In this document: positions 1-9,123 of the stretch, piece by piece
Position numbering within the stretch: the stretch's first letter is position 1
Layout: every line of letters starts with the position of its first letter
Assembly: GCA_964291625.2 (NCBI GenBank)
Contig: OZ220089.1
Span: 1,120,001 to 1,184,000 of the forward strand
Origin: Candidatus Latescibacterota bacterium
GTDB lineage: Bacteria > Latescibacterota > UBA2968 > UBA8231
Direction: 5' to 3'
DNA: 64,000 nucleotides
Translations under genes and position numbers: made by a program
Notes under the pieces: model-generated
Told to the model about the DNA's origin: nothing
Seen by the model: only the letters and a program-made list of their open reading frames with translations
Database searches by the model: none

Positions 1-987
1 GTGAACGCTTGCGTCCACCCCCCGAGGCGAAGCCCGTCGTCGCCGGCCGACTCGCCTTCCGTCGTCGTCGGTGAGGACGACGGCGGCCAGATCCGCATGG
101 CCTATTCGGAGCATGGGGATCCCGGCGCATCCCTGCAGGTGGTCCTTCTCCACGGCCTCTTCGATCACAAGGGCACGTGGTCCGCCCTGGCGCCCCGCCT
201 GGCCGAGGCGGGGTACCGCGTCATCGCCCCCGATCTCGTCGGCTTCGGCCGCAGCAGCAAGCCCGGGTTCCGCTCCTGGCCCGCCTCCCGGCGGTACGGC
301 GCCGAGGCCCAGGTCGGATTCGTGCGCGCCTTCGTCGAGAGCCTCGGCCTCGACGAGGTGGTCCTGGCGGGGAACTCCTTCGGCGGCGGGGTCTTCCTGC
401 GCAGCCTGTGCACCCCGTGGCCCGGCGGCCCCCGGGTGCGGGGCCTGGTGCTGGAGAGCGCCTCGGGCTATCCCCAGGCCCGTCCCCCCTTCATCTGGCT
501 GCTGGCCGGCCTGCCCGGGTGGTTGCTGCTCAACCGGCGGGTCCTCGGCATCGGTCTCGGCCCCGGCCTGGCGCGCGTCATCGTGCGGTCCACCCTGCGG
601 CGCGTCTTCCACGACCCCGCCAGGATCCCGGAAGAGCTGGTGGACGAGGCCATCGACATCCTGCGGGAGCCGAACACCCTGTACGCCTACCAGGCGGCGG
701 CGCGCAACCTGGTTCCCGGCGACATCGCCCGCTTCACCGCCGCCTACCGGAAGATCGACGTGCCCACCCTCGTCCTGTGGGGTGCCGAGGACCGCATCGT
801 GCCCTCCCGGTTCGCCACCCTCTTCGAAGCCGAGCTGCCGGACGCCACGCTGCACGTCTTCGACGAGTGCGGGCACGCGCCCCACCTCGAGTACCCCGCC
901 GAGACCGCGCGGCTCATCCGCGACTGGATGGGGCGCCGGGTCAGCGGGGAGCCGAGCCCCGCCCCGCGCGAAGGAGATCGAACATGA
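1..987 (+). CDS. alpha/beta fold hydrolase
   Basis: LLHG oxyanion motif, GNSFGG nucleophile elbow, WGAED Asp and GHAPH His; the start could be GTG 1 or ATG 97. Confidence 0.88.
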   Translation: MNACVHPPRRSPSSPADSPSVVVGEDDGGQIRMAYSEHGDPGASLQVVLLHGLFDHKGTWSALAPRLAEAGYRVIAPDLVGFGRSSKPGFRSWPASRRYGAEAQVGFVRAFVESLGLDEVVLAGNSFGGGVFLRSLCTPWPGGPRVRGLVLESASGYPQARPPFIWLLAGLPGWLLLNRRVLGIGLGPGLARVIVRSTLRRVFHDPARIPEELVDEAIDILREPNTLYAYQAAARNLVPGDIARFTAAYRKIDVPTLVLWGAEDRIVPSRFATLFEAELPDATLHVFDECGHAPHLEYPAETARLIRDWMGRRVSGEPSPAPREGDRT

Positions 988-1367
988 CGGACGGGAACAT
1001 CGGCGCCGACGGCGCCCGCTTCCGCCTCTTCCTCGGCGTCCTCTTCCTGGTCTTCGCCCTCTGCCTGATGGCGCTGCTCACGGTGACCGGCGCGCCCCTG
1101 ACCCTGCGGCTCGTGGTCTTCGTGCCGCTCTGGATCGGCACCTTCACCCTGGCCGAGTCCCGGACCCGGGTCTGCGTCCTCAACGCCGCCCGCGGCGTCT
1201 GCTCCACCGAGTCCGGCACGCAACGCATCGAGGACGACGAGCGGCGGATGGCGCTCGTGCGGCGCGCCTGGAGGGTGCCCCTCCACTCGGTGCTCTACGC
1301 CGTCGTCCTGACCGTCTTCCTGGTGGCGGTCTCGGCCTGGCTGCCCTGGAGGATCCCGGCCGGCTGA
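984..1367 (+). CDS. small membrane protein (3 hydrophobic segments)
   Basis: AGGAG RBS and ATGA overlap with the upstream stop; MTDGNIG... is the C-terminal part of ORF 177..1367. Confidence 0.75.
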   Translation: MTDGNIGADGARFRLFLGVLFLVFALCLMALLTVTGAPLTLRLVVFVPLWIGTFTLAESRTRVCVLNAARGVCSTESGTQRIEDDERRMALVRRAWRVPLHSVLYAVVLTVFLVAVSAWLPWRIPAG

Positions 1368-1371
1368 AGGG

Positions 1372-1821
1372 TCAGCCGCCGGTCCCCAGACCCGCGGCGA
1401 AGACCACGAGGAGCGTTACCAGCAGCAACGCCCGCAGGGTCCAGCCGACGGTGCGGACCCAGCTCGTGGCCACCAGCCGTTTCACCTTGCCCTCGTCATA
1501 GCCCCCCGCCAGGGCCCGGTGGAGGGGCCTCTGCACCCCGAAGGTGGAGAGCCAGAGCACGCCGAGGAGGACGGCGTTCAACAGCATCGGCGGCTCCCCG
1601 ACCACCTGCGGGGGATCCAGGGCCAGCCACAGGCCGGTGATCAGCTCGAAGAGCATCACCGGCGTCACCACCAGGCTCGAGCGCCGCGCGTGCCCTCTCT
1701 CGTACTCCTGGAACCGCGTCATGCCCACCCGGTGCATGAGCGGGTAGTGGACGATCTGCACGAACCAGGCGATGGCGGCCATGTACACGGTGGCCGCCGC
1801 GTGCAGCAGGAGCAGGATCAT
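1372..1821 (-). CDS. conserved 4-TM membrane protein (VQIVHYP motif)
   Basis: ATG 1821 overlaps the HDAC stop; four hydrophobic helices. Confidence 0.75.
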   Translation of the reverse strand: MILLLLHAAATVYMAAIAWFVQIVHYPLMHRVGMTRFQEYERGHARRSSLVVTPVMLFELITGLWLALDPPQVVGEPPMLLNAVLLGVLWLSTFGVQRPLHRALAGGYDEGKVKRLVATSWVRTVGWTLRALLLVTLLVVFAAGLGTGG

Positions 1822-2723
1822 GCAGCCCCTCCGTAGACCCGGCGGGCCTCGCGGTGGGCTACGGCGTGGAGGTCGGCCGTCTCCTCGGGGGAGGCGGCAT
1901 AGCCGCCCGACATCACCAGGAGCAGGGCGGCCCCCGACGCCCGGGCGGCGCGCAGCACGGCGCGGTCCCTGCGGTGGAGGCCGCCGCGGCTCAGGGCCAG
2001 GCGGCCGTAGCGGTCGCCGGCCACCGGGTCGACCCCGGCGAGGTAGACGATCAGGTCCGGCCGAGCGGCGAGGAGTACTCCCGGCAGGGCCGCCGTCAGC
2101 CGCTCGAGATAGTCGTCGTCGCCGGTGCCGTCGGGGAGGCCGATGTCGAGGGAGGAGGCCTCCTTCTGGAAGGGGTAGTTCCGCTGCCCGTGGAAGGAGA
2201 GGGTGAAGGTCCGGGGATCGTCGGCGAAGACCGCCGCCGTGCCGTTCCCCTGGTGCACGTCCAGGTCGATCACCAGGGCCCGGTCGAGCAGGCCCTCGCC
2301 GCGCAGGAGCCGGATCGCCACGGCCACGTCGTTGAGCACGCAGAATCCCTCGCCGTGGTCGGGGTAGGCGTGGTGGGTGCCGCCCGCCAGGTTGGCGGCG
2401 ATCCCGTCCTCCAGGGCCATGCGCGCGGCCAGGACCGTGCCGCCCACGGCCAGCCGCGAGCGCCGCTCCAGGGCCTCGCTCCACGGCAGGCCCAGGCGCC
2501 TCTCGGCGCCGCGCTCCAGGCCCGTCCGCAGCTGGTCGAGGTAGCGGTCGGTGTGCACCAGACGCAGCACCTCGCGGCCGGCCGGGGAGGGCTCCGCCCG
2601 GTCGCCGTTGCCGATCAGCCCCTCGCGCAGCAGGATCCGGTGGAGGGCGGGGAACTTCGCCATGGGGAAGGGATGCCCCTCGGGCAGGGGCACGAAGTAG
2701 CGGTCGCTGTAGCTCACTCGCAT
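1818..2723 (-). CDS. histone deacetylase family protein (class IV/HDAC11-like)
   Basis: HPFPMAKF, GGTHHA, GFC, DLDVHQGNG, GVD and SGGY motifs. Confidence 0.93.
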   Translation of the reverse strand: MRVSYSDRYFVPLPEGHPFPMAKFPALHRILLREGLIGNGDRAEPSPAGREVLRLVHTDRYLDQLRTGLERGAERRLGLPWSEALERRSRLAVGGTVLAARMALEDGIAANLAGGTHHAYPDHGEGFCVLNDVAVAIRLLRGEGLLDRALVIDLDVHQGNGTAAVFADDPRTFTLSFHGQRNYPFQKEASSLDIGLPDGTGDDDYLERLTAALPGVLLAARPDLIVYLAGVDPVAGDRYGRLALSRGGLHRRDRAVLRAARASGAALLLVMSGGYAASPEETADLHAVAHREARRVYGGAA

Positions 2724-2731
2724 CGGTCCGC

Positions 2732-3634
2732 TCAGCCCTTCCCCAGCAGGTCCCGCAGGGCGGTGTCGATGTCGGGATGGCGGAAGGCGTACCCGGCCGC
2801 CGTCAGCCTCGCCGGCTCGACGCGGGTGCTGGCCAGCAGCAGGGTCTCGCCCATCTCCGCCCAGACCAGCTTCACCACCGGCGCCGGCAGGGGCAGGCGC
2901 GCCGGGCGCCGCAGCAGGCGTGCCATGGTCCGGGTGAACTCCAGATTGGTCACCGGCCCCGGGGCCACGGCATTCACCGGCCCCGCCAGATGGGGGCTCT
3001 TCAGGCTCTCCTCGATGATCCCCACCAGATCCTCCAGCGTGATCCAGCTGAGGTACTGCCGGCCGCTCCCCACCCGGCCTCCCAGGCCCAGCCGGAAGAG
3101 GGGCCCCACCCTCGCCAGCATGCCGCCCCGAAGGCTCAGGACCACGCCGATGCGCAGGTTGACGACGCGGATCCCCGCCTCCGCCGCCGCGGACGAGGCC
3201 CGCTCCCAGTCCACCGCGACGCCGGCGAGGAAGTCGTCGGCGGGGGCCGTCTCCTCGACGCAGATCTCGTCGCCGCGGTCGCCGTAGTAGCCGATGGCCG
3301 AGGCGCACACCAAGGTCGCCGGCTTGCGCTCGCAGTCGGCGAGAGCCTCGCTCAGCAGGCGCGTGCCCTCCACGCGGCTGGCGCGGATGCGCTCCTTGCG
3401 GGCCTCCGTCCAGCGGCCGTGGGTGACGTTCTCACCCGCCAGGTGCACCACCGCGTCGAGGCCCTCCAGGCCGTCGGCGTCGAGCGCCCCGGCGGCGGGG
3501 TCCCAGCGCACCGCCGCCCTTCCCGGCTCCGGCGCCGAGCGGGTCAGCCCGAGGACCTCGTCTCCCCTGCGGGCCAGGGAGTCGACCAGGGCCGAGCCCA
3601 CCAGGCCCGTGGCGCCGGAGACCAGGACCCTCAT
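2732..3634 (-). CDS. TIGR01777 family NAD-dependent epimerase/oxidoreductase
   Basis: SGATGLVG, HLAGE, ASAIGYYG, GSGRQYLSWI. Confidence 0.92.
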   Translation of the reverse strand: MRVLVSGATGLVGSALVDSLARRGDEVLGLTRSAPEPGRAAVRWDPAAGALDADGLEGLDAVVHLAGENVTHGRWTEARKERIRASRVEGTRLLSEALADCERKPATLVCASAIGYYGDRGDEICVEETAPADDFLAGVAVDWERASSAAAEAGIRVVNLRIGVVLSLRGGMLARVGPLFRLGLGGRVGSGRQYLSWITLEDLVGIIEESLKSPHLAGPVNAVAPGPVTNLEFTRTMARLLRRPARLPLPAPVVKLVWAEMGETLLLASTRVEPARLTAAGYAFRHPDIDTALRDLLGKG

Positions 3635-4767
3635 CGGCCGTCGACCTCCGACAGGGCGCCCCGGAACTCGAGGGCAAAGGCCGAGCGCTGCTCGGGCGTG
3701 CCCACGGTGACGCGCACGCAGCGGTCGCCAGGCGGCCTGTAGGGCATGCGCACGAAGACGCCGCGGCCGAGAAGCGCCGCCTGCACGGCGCGGGCGCGCT
3801 CGTCGCAGCCCAGATCCAGGTTGACGAAGTTGGTCGCCGATTCCACGTGCCCCAGCCCCAGCTCCTCCGCCAGCGCCGCGAGCTCCCCGCGCCCTTGCCG
3901 CACCTGCCGCACCACGCCCCTCACGTGTTGCGGCTCGCCGAGGGAGGCCAGGGCACCCGCCTGGGCGACGCGGTTCACGCCGAACTGGTTGCGCACGCGG
4001 TCGAGGACGGCCACCACCTCTTCGTGGGCGATGGCGTAGCCGATGCGGGCGCCCGCCATGCCGTGGGCCTTGGAGAAGGTGCGGGTGCGCACCAGGCGCC
4101 TGTCGGAGACGTCCATGGCCGGCACCGCCGCCGGTGGCGCGAACTCGCTGTAGGCCTCGTCGAGGATGAGCATGGCCTCCGCCGGCAGCGACGCCAGCAG
4201 CTCCAGGGCCGCCTCCGCCGTCCCCCAGGTGCCCATGGGGTTGTCCGGATTGGCGGCGTACACCAGGTGCGCGCCCGACTTCCGGGCGGCGTCGCCGAGG
4301 CCCGCGAAGTCGACCCGGTCGTCCACGTACGGCACCTCCACGAGGCGGGCGCCGTACCCGTGGACATGGTAGTTGAAGGTAGGGTACGAGCCGAGGGAGG
4401 TGACCACCGGATCCCCGGCCTCCGCGAAAAGGCGCACCAGCAGGCCGAGGATCTCGTCGATCCCGGCGCCCACGTGGACCCGGGCCGGCGGCACGCGGTG
4501 ATGGGCGGCGAGGGCCTCGATGAGGTCGTGGATCTCCGGGTCGTTGTACATCCAGACCTCGTCGACGGCCTGCCGCATCGCCTCGCGCGCGGCGGGGGAT
4601 ACCCCGAAGGGACTCTCGTTGGCGCCGACCCGCACCCGGAGCGGGCGTCCGTGGCGCCGCTCGAGGGCCTCTGGGCCGACGAAGGGAACCAGCGGCGGCA
4701 GGGCGCGGACCACCCGGGTCAGCGGCAGACCGCTCACCGAGGGCTCCCTCGGAATGGTCCCGGCCAT
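3631..4767 (-). CDS. PLP-dependent aminotransferase class I/II (HisC-like)
   Basis: ANESPFG, NPDNPMG, DEAY, RTFSKAHGMAGARIGY. Confidence 0.9.
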   Translation of the reverse strand: MAGTIPREPSVSGLPLTRVVRALPPLVPFVGPEALERRHGRPLRVRVGANESPFGVSPAAREAMRQAVDEVWMYNDPEIHDLIEALAAHHRVPPARVHVGAGIDEILGLLVRLFAEAGDPVVTSLGSYPTFNYHVHGYGARLVEVPYVDDRVDFAGLGDAARKSGAHLVYAANPDNPMGTWGTAEAALELLASLPAEAMLILDEAYSEFAPPAAVPAMDVSDRRLVRTRTFSKAHGMAGARIGYAIAHEEVVAVLDRVRNQFGVNRVAQAGALASLGEPQHVRGVVRQVRQGRGELAALAEELGLGHVESATNFVNLDLGCDERARAVQAALLGRGVFVRMPYRPPGDRCVRVTVGTPEQRSAFALEFRGALSEVDGR

Positions 4768-4829
4768 GTGCAGAGCTTGCGCTCCATCCTCTTTCAGGCT
4801 TTCTTCAGGCAGGGCGGCTCGTATATACT

Positions 4830-4859
4830 AAGATACTGTTTCTCAACGGGTTACGTCAA
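4830..4859 (-). promoter_or_regulatory. putative sigma70 promoter for the aminotransferase operon
   Basis: Minus strand TTGACG-N18-TATCTT in an AT-rich divergent intergenic patch. Confidence 0.4.
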
Positions 4860-4908
4860 CCTCTTCAGCCCTCAGGCAGCGCCGGGCGCGAGCACCGGCC
4901 GAGCTTCG

Positions 4909-7455
4909 ATGTCCGACGACTCCGAGAACCCCCAATCCCCCCCGGCGGCGGACCTGGCCGCCGCCCTCGCCCTCCTCCGGGCCCTCCATGGAGAGGACGT
5001 GCCGGACGGCCCCCTCGGTCCGGCGACCGTCCCCGAGAGCGTCCTCGCCCTGCCCATCAAGGCGGCGATGGAGCTCTTCGAATACCACGGCAAGGTCTGC
5101 ACCAACGTCCACTGCCACCACCTGCCGCCGCCCCTGCGGCCCTACCGGCGGATGCGCCGGCAGGCGATCCAGGGCGCCGCCAGCCAGGTGAACGAAGTCC
5201 TCTGGGTCTGGCCCGACCACGATCTGGTGGTCACCGTCCGCGAGGCGATCCTCGACGAGTACGACGAGCTGGCCAGCCTGGTCTCGAAGGGCGAGCTGCT
5301 GCAGGGCGGCCGCCTCGGCGAGCTGCTGAATGACCCCGAGGGCGTCTTCAATCTGACCGCCGTCCTCTGGGCGTCGCGATTCGAGTCCCCCCAGGCCGAG
5401 GAGCTGTTCCGCTGCCTCGTGCCTCTCGCCGTGGGCGCCTCCGCCTCCGGCACCGACGCCCCCCGGAGGCCCGGTGCGGACCGGGAGTCGATGAAGGAAC
5501 TGAAGGCCGAGTGCCGCAAGCTGCGCAGAGAGCTGAAGGGATCCGCCGACGAGGCCGGGAGGCTCCAGGCGGCCTTGCGGCGCAGCGAGCTGGCCCTCGA
5601 GAAGGTCCGGCGCGATCACGGAGAGACCCGCGAGCGGGCGGAGGCCGCGGCGGCGGAGGTCGGGCGCCTGGAGGACCGCCTGCGCCGCGGCGATTCCGCC
5701 ATCGAGGACCACCAGCTCAAGGCGGCCCAGGCCGAGAGGGTGAACGCCGACCTGCTCCGCGACCGCCGGCGGCTGCAGGAGGAGATCCGCCGCAAGGAGC
5801 AGGAGCGCAGCCGGCTGGCCTCGCGGCTGGCCAACGAGAACACCCGCCTGAAGCGCCTGGAGCAGCAGGCCGCCAGCCGTCCCAGGGGCGCCGATGCCGT
5901 GTGGAGGTTCCTGCGCCGGCAGAAGGAGCGCATCCAGGCGGACCTCGCCGGGGACGGGGCCGTCCGGGCGCGCGCCGAGGGCGACTGGAGCGCCCATCTC
6001 CGCCTGGAGGAGGCCTTCCTCGCGGCTCATCCCCGCTACCGGCCGGTCCCCGCGGTCTCCGTGCGGCCGCCGAAGCCGCCCCTGCGGCTCGATGCCCTCG
6101 GGGGCTCTTCGGAGATCGGCCGAAGCTGCTACCTCCTCGAGCTTGGAGGCCGCCGCATCCTGGTCGACTGCGGAATCAAGCCGGGCGCCTCCCGGGACCA
6201 GCACCCCGGCTTCGGCGGTCTCGACCGCATCGACGCCCTCCTGCTGACCCACGCCCACACCGACCACATCGGCTGGGTCCCCGCCCTGGTGCGCCGGTTC
6301 GGCGACGACCTCGACATCTACTGCTCGAGTGCCACCGCGGCGCTGCTTCCGGTGCAGCTGCAGGACTGCCGGCAGCACTACCTGCACAAGATGCGCCTGC
6401 AGCGCGACAACGCCCAGTACGGCTCCGACGAGGAAGGGCCCCGGGACGCGTACGGCCAGGAGGACGTGGACCGCGTCCCCTGCCAGGTCCACGCCTGCGG
6501 TTTCGAGGAGGAGACGCGTCTGCCCTTCGACGACATCTCGATCCGCTTCTTCCCCGCCGGCCACATCCTCGGCGCCGCGAGCATCCTCGTCGAGGACGGG
6601 CGTGGCCGCCGGGTGTTCTTCTCCGGCGACTTCTCCTCCTTCCCCCAGCTCACCACGCCCGCCGCCTCGTGGCCCGAGGACCTCGGCGAGGTCGACCTGC
6701 TGGTCCTCGAGTCCACCTACGGGAACCGCCGGCACCAGCCGATGGAGCGGGTGCGCGCCGACCTCGTGACCTTCCTCCGCGAGACGACCCAGACGCGGGA
6801 GGGCTCGGTGATCCTGGCCTCCTTCGCCCTCGGCCGCGCCCAGGAACTGCTCCAGCTCGTCGCCGCCGCCCAGGCCCGGGGCGAGCTTCCCGCCTCCCTC
6901 CCCGTCCACTTCGACGGCATGATCCGGGAGATCAACCCGATCTATGCCAACCACGCCGATTTCGATCTGCCCGAGAGCTTCCGCGAGGTCGCGGGCCCCT
7001 ACGACCGGCAGGAGGCCGCCGAGGGGGCGCGGACCGTCCCCTCCGTCATCGTCACCACCTCCGGCATGCTCACCGGGGGGCCGGTCGTCGAGTACGCCAG
7101 ACGGCTGCTGCCCGAACCCCGGCACCGCATCGTCCTCACGGGCTACCAGGACGAGGGCGCGCCGAGCCGCGCCTTGCGCGAGCTGGCCTCCCCGGGTCTC
7201 GCCCGGACCGTGCGGCTCTCCAACGGGGCCGGAGGGGGAGTCGAGATCCGGGCGGCCCTGCCGGCGAAGGAGGCGAGCCTCTCCGGGCACGCCGATCAGC
7301 CCGGACTCGTGAGCTACGCCGGGCGCCTGCGGCCGCGGCATATCGCCCTGGTGCACGGGGAGCCCGCCGCCCAGGAGGAGCTGGGGGCCCGGCTCGCCGA
7401 GCGGCATCCGGGGGCGGCGATCGTCGGCGGCCCCGACGAGCTTGAGATCGGGTGA
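4909..7455 (+). CDS. beta-CASP (CPSF73-like) MBL-fold nuclease with a ~390-aa N-terminal extension containing a coiled coil
   Basis: LGG..EIGRSC, THAHTDH, AGHILG, FSGD, ESTYG, FALGRAQE, SGML.GG, GYQ, SGHAD and VHGE motifs; E/K/R/L heptad-rich segment upstream. Confidence 0.9.
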   Translation: MSDDSENPQSPPAADLAAALALLRALHGEDVPDGPLGPATVPESVLALPIKAAMELFEYHGKVCTNVHCHHLPPPLRPYRRMRRQAIQGAASQVNEVLWVWPDHDLVVTVREAILDEYDELASLVSKGELLQGGRLGELLNDPEGVFNLTAVLWASRFESPQAEELFRCLVPLAVGASASGTDAPRRPGADRESMKELKAECRKLRRELKGSADEAGRLQAALRRSELALEKVRRDHGETRERAEAAAAEVGRLEDRLRRGDSAIEDHQLKAAQAERVNADLLRDRRRLQEEIRRKEQERSRLASRLANENTRLKRLEQQAASRPRGADAVWRFLRRQKERIQADLAGDGAVRARAEGDWSAHLRLEEAFLAAHPRYRPVPAVSVRPPKPPLRLDALGGSSEIGRSCYLLELGGRRILVDCGIKPGASRDQHPGFGGLDRIDALLLTHAHTDHIGWVPALVRRFGDDLDIYCSSATAALLPVQLQDCRQHYLHKMRLQRDNAQYGSDEEGPRDAYGQEDVDRVPCQVHACGFEEETRLPFDDISIRFFPAGHILGAASILVEDGRGRRVFFSGDFSSFPQLTTPAASWPEDLGEVDLLVLESTYGNRRHQPMERVRADLVTFLRETTQTREGSVILASFALGRAQELLQLVAAAQARGELPASLPVHFDGMIREINPIYANHADFDLPESFREVAGPYDRQEAAEGARTVPSVIVTTSGMLTGGPVVEYARRLLPEPRHRIVLTGYQDEGAPSRALRELASPGLARTVRLSNGAGGGVEIRAALPAKEASLSGHADQPGLVSYAGRLRPRHIALVHGEPAAQEELGARLAERHPGAAIVGGPDELEIG

Positions 7456-7599
7456 TGGGTGGCGGCGAGCATGGCACCACCGGTTCCTCCAAGCCCCACT
7501 CTTGCCAACGACATCGGCCTTGACCGGGTTGCACGTGTTGGTTCCCTTCGAACCTGCGCTGGCCAGGCAACAGTCTCTCCAGATAGAGAGGACCATCCA

Positions 7600-8103
7600 T
7601 TGCCCCCATACTCCGGCTCTGACGAGATCTACAGGGAGCTTGTCGAAGAGTCAGAGGAGAGCTGGCTGTACGGCTTGACCGCCTTCGCCATCATCGAGGA
7701 ACAGAGAATCGAGTGGATGCGCCATTTCGAGCAGAGTCGTGGAGAGCTGCCAGGACCGGACGAAGTCCGGGGCTGGTATGAACAGCAGCCCCCGACCGCC
7801 TTGCTCCGCGCCAAGGGAGAAGCCGAAAGCGCGCTCCAGACCTATTCCGAGGAGGTCAACGAACTCGTTATCGAAGAACAGCGGAGGGAGGTCGAGCAAG
7901 GCATGATCGTCGGTGAGATCAGAAGCCTCAAGCGCTTCTGGCCTCAGTTCGGCATGAGTCTGGCAGGAGGATTCGTCGGGGCGATGCTCTTTGCCGCTCT
8001 GCTGGGGCTGTTTACGTTCTTTGTGGTGAGTGACACCTCCCCTGTCGAGATCGCCAGGCAACTCCGAAATGACACGGAGGCAGTAGAGGATGGCCAGGAG
8101 TAA
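7600..8103 (+). CDS. hypothetical protein with a C-terminal transmembrane helix
   Basis: In-frame TTG 7600 after a GAGAGGA RBS (the ORF extends to 7459); acidic helical N-terminus; hydrophobic FGMSLAGGFVGAMLFAALLGLFTFFVV. Confidence 0.7.
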   Translation: MPPYSGSDEIYRELVEESEESWLYGLTAFAIIEEQRIEWMRHFEQSRGELPGPDEVRGWYEQQPPTALLRAKGEAESALQTYSEEVNELVIEEQRREVEQGMIVGEIRSLKRFWPQFGMSLAGGFVGAMLFAALLGLFTFFVVSDTSPVEIARQLRNDTEAVEDGQE

Positions 8104-8341
8104 TGAGAAGACGAGCACGCGCGCCGCATCCGCAGCTTCGCGGGTCTTGAGAGACAGCAAGTCCAGCAAGTCGGCGAAATCCGCAGCTGGCTCCGCCCTG
8201 TCACAGCGGAGGACTACGAAGGTCACCTCGAGCCGTGCTGCATCGGCCGCCTCCAAGACCCTTCGAAACAGGGGCTCAAGCAAGACCGCAAAGACCTCCT
8301 CGGGCTCCGCGCTGACCCAACGGCCCAACCGGAAGAAGTAA
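8090..8341 (+). CDS. small, highly basic Ser/Ala/Lys/Arg-rich protein with a duplicated 33-aa repeat
   Basis: GGAGG RBS; overlaps the upstream gene; repeat TSxRAASAASxxLRxxxSSKxAKxxxGSALxQR occurs twice. Confidence 0.75.
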   Translation: MARSNEKTSTRAASAASRVLRDSKSSKSAKSAAGSALSQRRTTKVTSSRAASAASKTLRNRGSSKTAKTSSGSALTQRPNRKK

Positions 8342-8381
8342 GGTCCCTTTCATTCCCGACACGCAGGACCTGGAGAGAGAG

Positions 8382-9122
8382 ATGAATGCCCTCGATGGCG
8401 ACGGAGCGGTCACCCGCGCCCGCCGCAGCGGGCGTGGCCCGCTGATCTGGCTGGCCGGCGACCCGAAGGACCTGGCCGAGTGGATGCCCCTCGGCATCGC
8501 CGGCATCGTCACCAACACGGTCGTGCTCAACCAGATGGTGAAGATCTACGGCCCCGTGACCAGCGTCATCCGGGCCTACCTCGACATCACCGACAAGCCG
8601 GTGGTGGTCGAGATCGACGGACACAGCGTCGAGGAGCTGCTCGACGTGGGCCGCGCCTTCACGGAGATGTCGGACCAGGTGATCCTCAAGATCCCGTGCA
8701 CCGTGAACGGCCTCAAGGCCTTCGCCGCCTTCCGCGACGAGGGGGTGGAGACCTACTGCACCACCTGCTTCTCCCTGACCCAGGCCGCGGCCGTGGCGGC
8801 GGCGGGAGTCGATCACATCCTGCCGTTCTGCGATCCGGTGAAAGCGGTGGGAGGGGACCCCACCAAGCTGATCCGCGAGTGCGTGCAGATGTTCAGCGGC
8901 TGGGAGCAGCGCCCCTTCATCCAGGCGGCCCTGATCCGCTCCGTCGACACGGCGTACGCCGCCTTCCGCGACGGCTGCGACGAGCTGGTCACCATGTGGA
9001 CGGTCTACCGCGACATGCTGGAGCACCCGCTCACCGACCAGTGGAACCAGACCTTCATGGACGAGTGGGTCGACATGCACCGCAGCGGCATGCTGGAGGG
9101 CCTGCCGGTGCGGCTCGACTGA
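8382..9122 (+). CDS. transaldolase/fructose-6-phosphate aldolase family protein (divergent)
   Basis: GIVTN, VVE, Schiff-base lysine in ILKIPCT, FSLTQA, HPLTD. Confidence 0.85.
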   Translation: MNALDGDGAVTRARRSGRGPLIWLAGDPKDLAEWMPLGIAGIVTNTVVLNQMVKIYGPVTSVIRAYLDITDKPVVVEIDGHSVEELLDVGRAFTEMSDQVILKIPCTVNGLKAFAAFRDEGVETYCTTCFSLTQAAAVAAAGVDHILPFCDPVKAVGGDPTKLIRECVQMFSGWEQRPFIQAALIRSVDTAYAAFRDGCDELVTMWTVYRDMLEHPLTDQWNQTFMDEWVDMHRSGMLEGLPVRLD

Positions 9123-9123
9123 C

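Noticed and set aside
3847-4908. N-terminal 354 aa of the 1202-aa ORF
   Set aside because: Antisense shadow of the aminotransferase plus intergenic DNA; the real start is probably 4909.
4843-7596. 917-aa minus-strand ORF
   Set aside because: Antisense shadow of the beta-CASP gene, common in high-GC DNA; no recognisable motifs.
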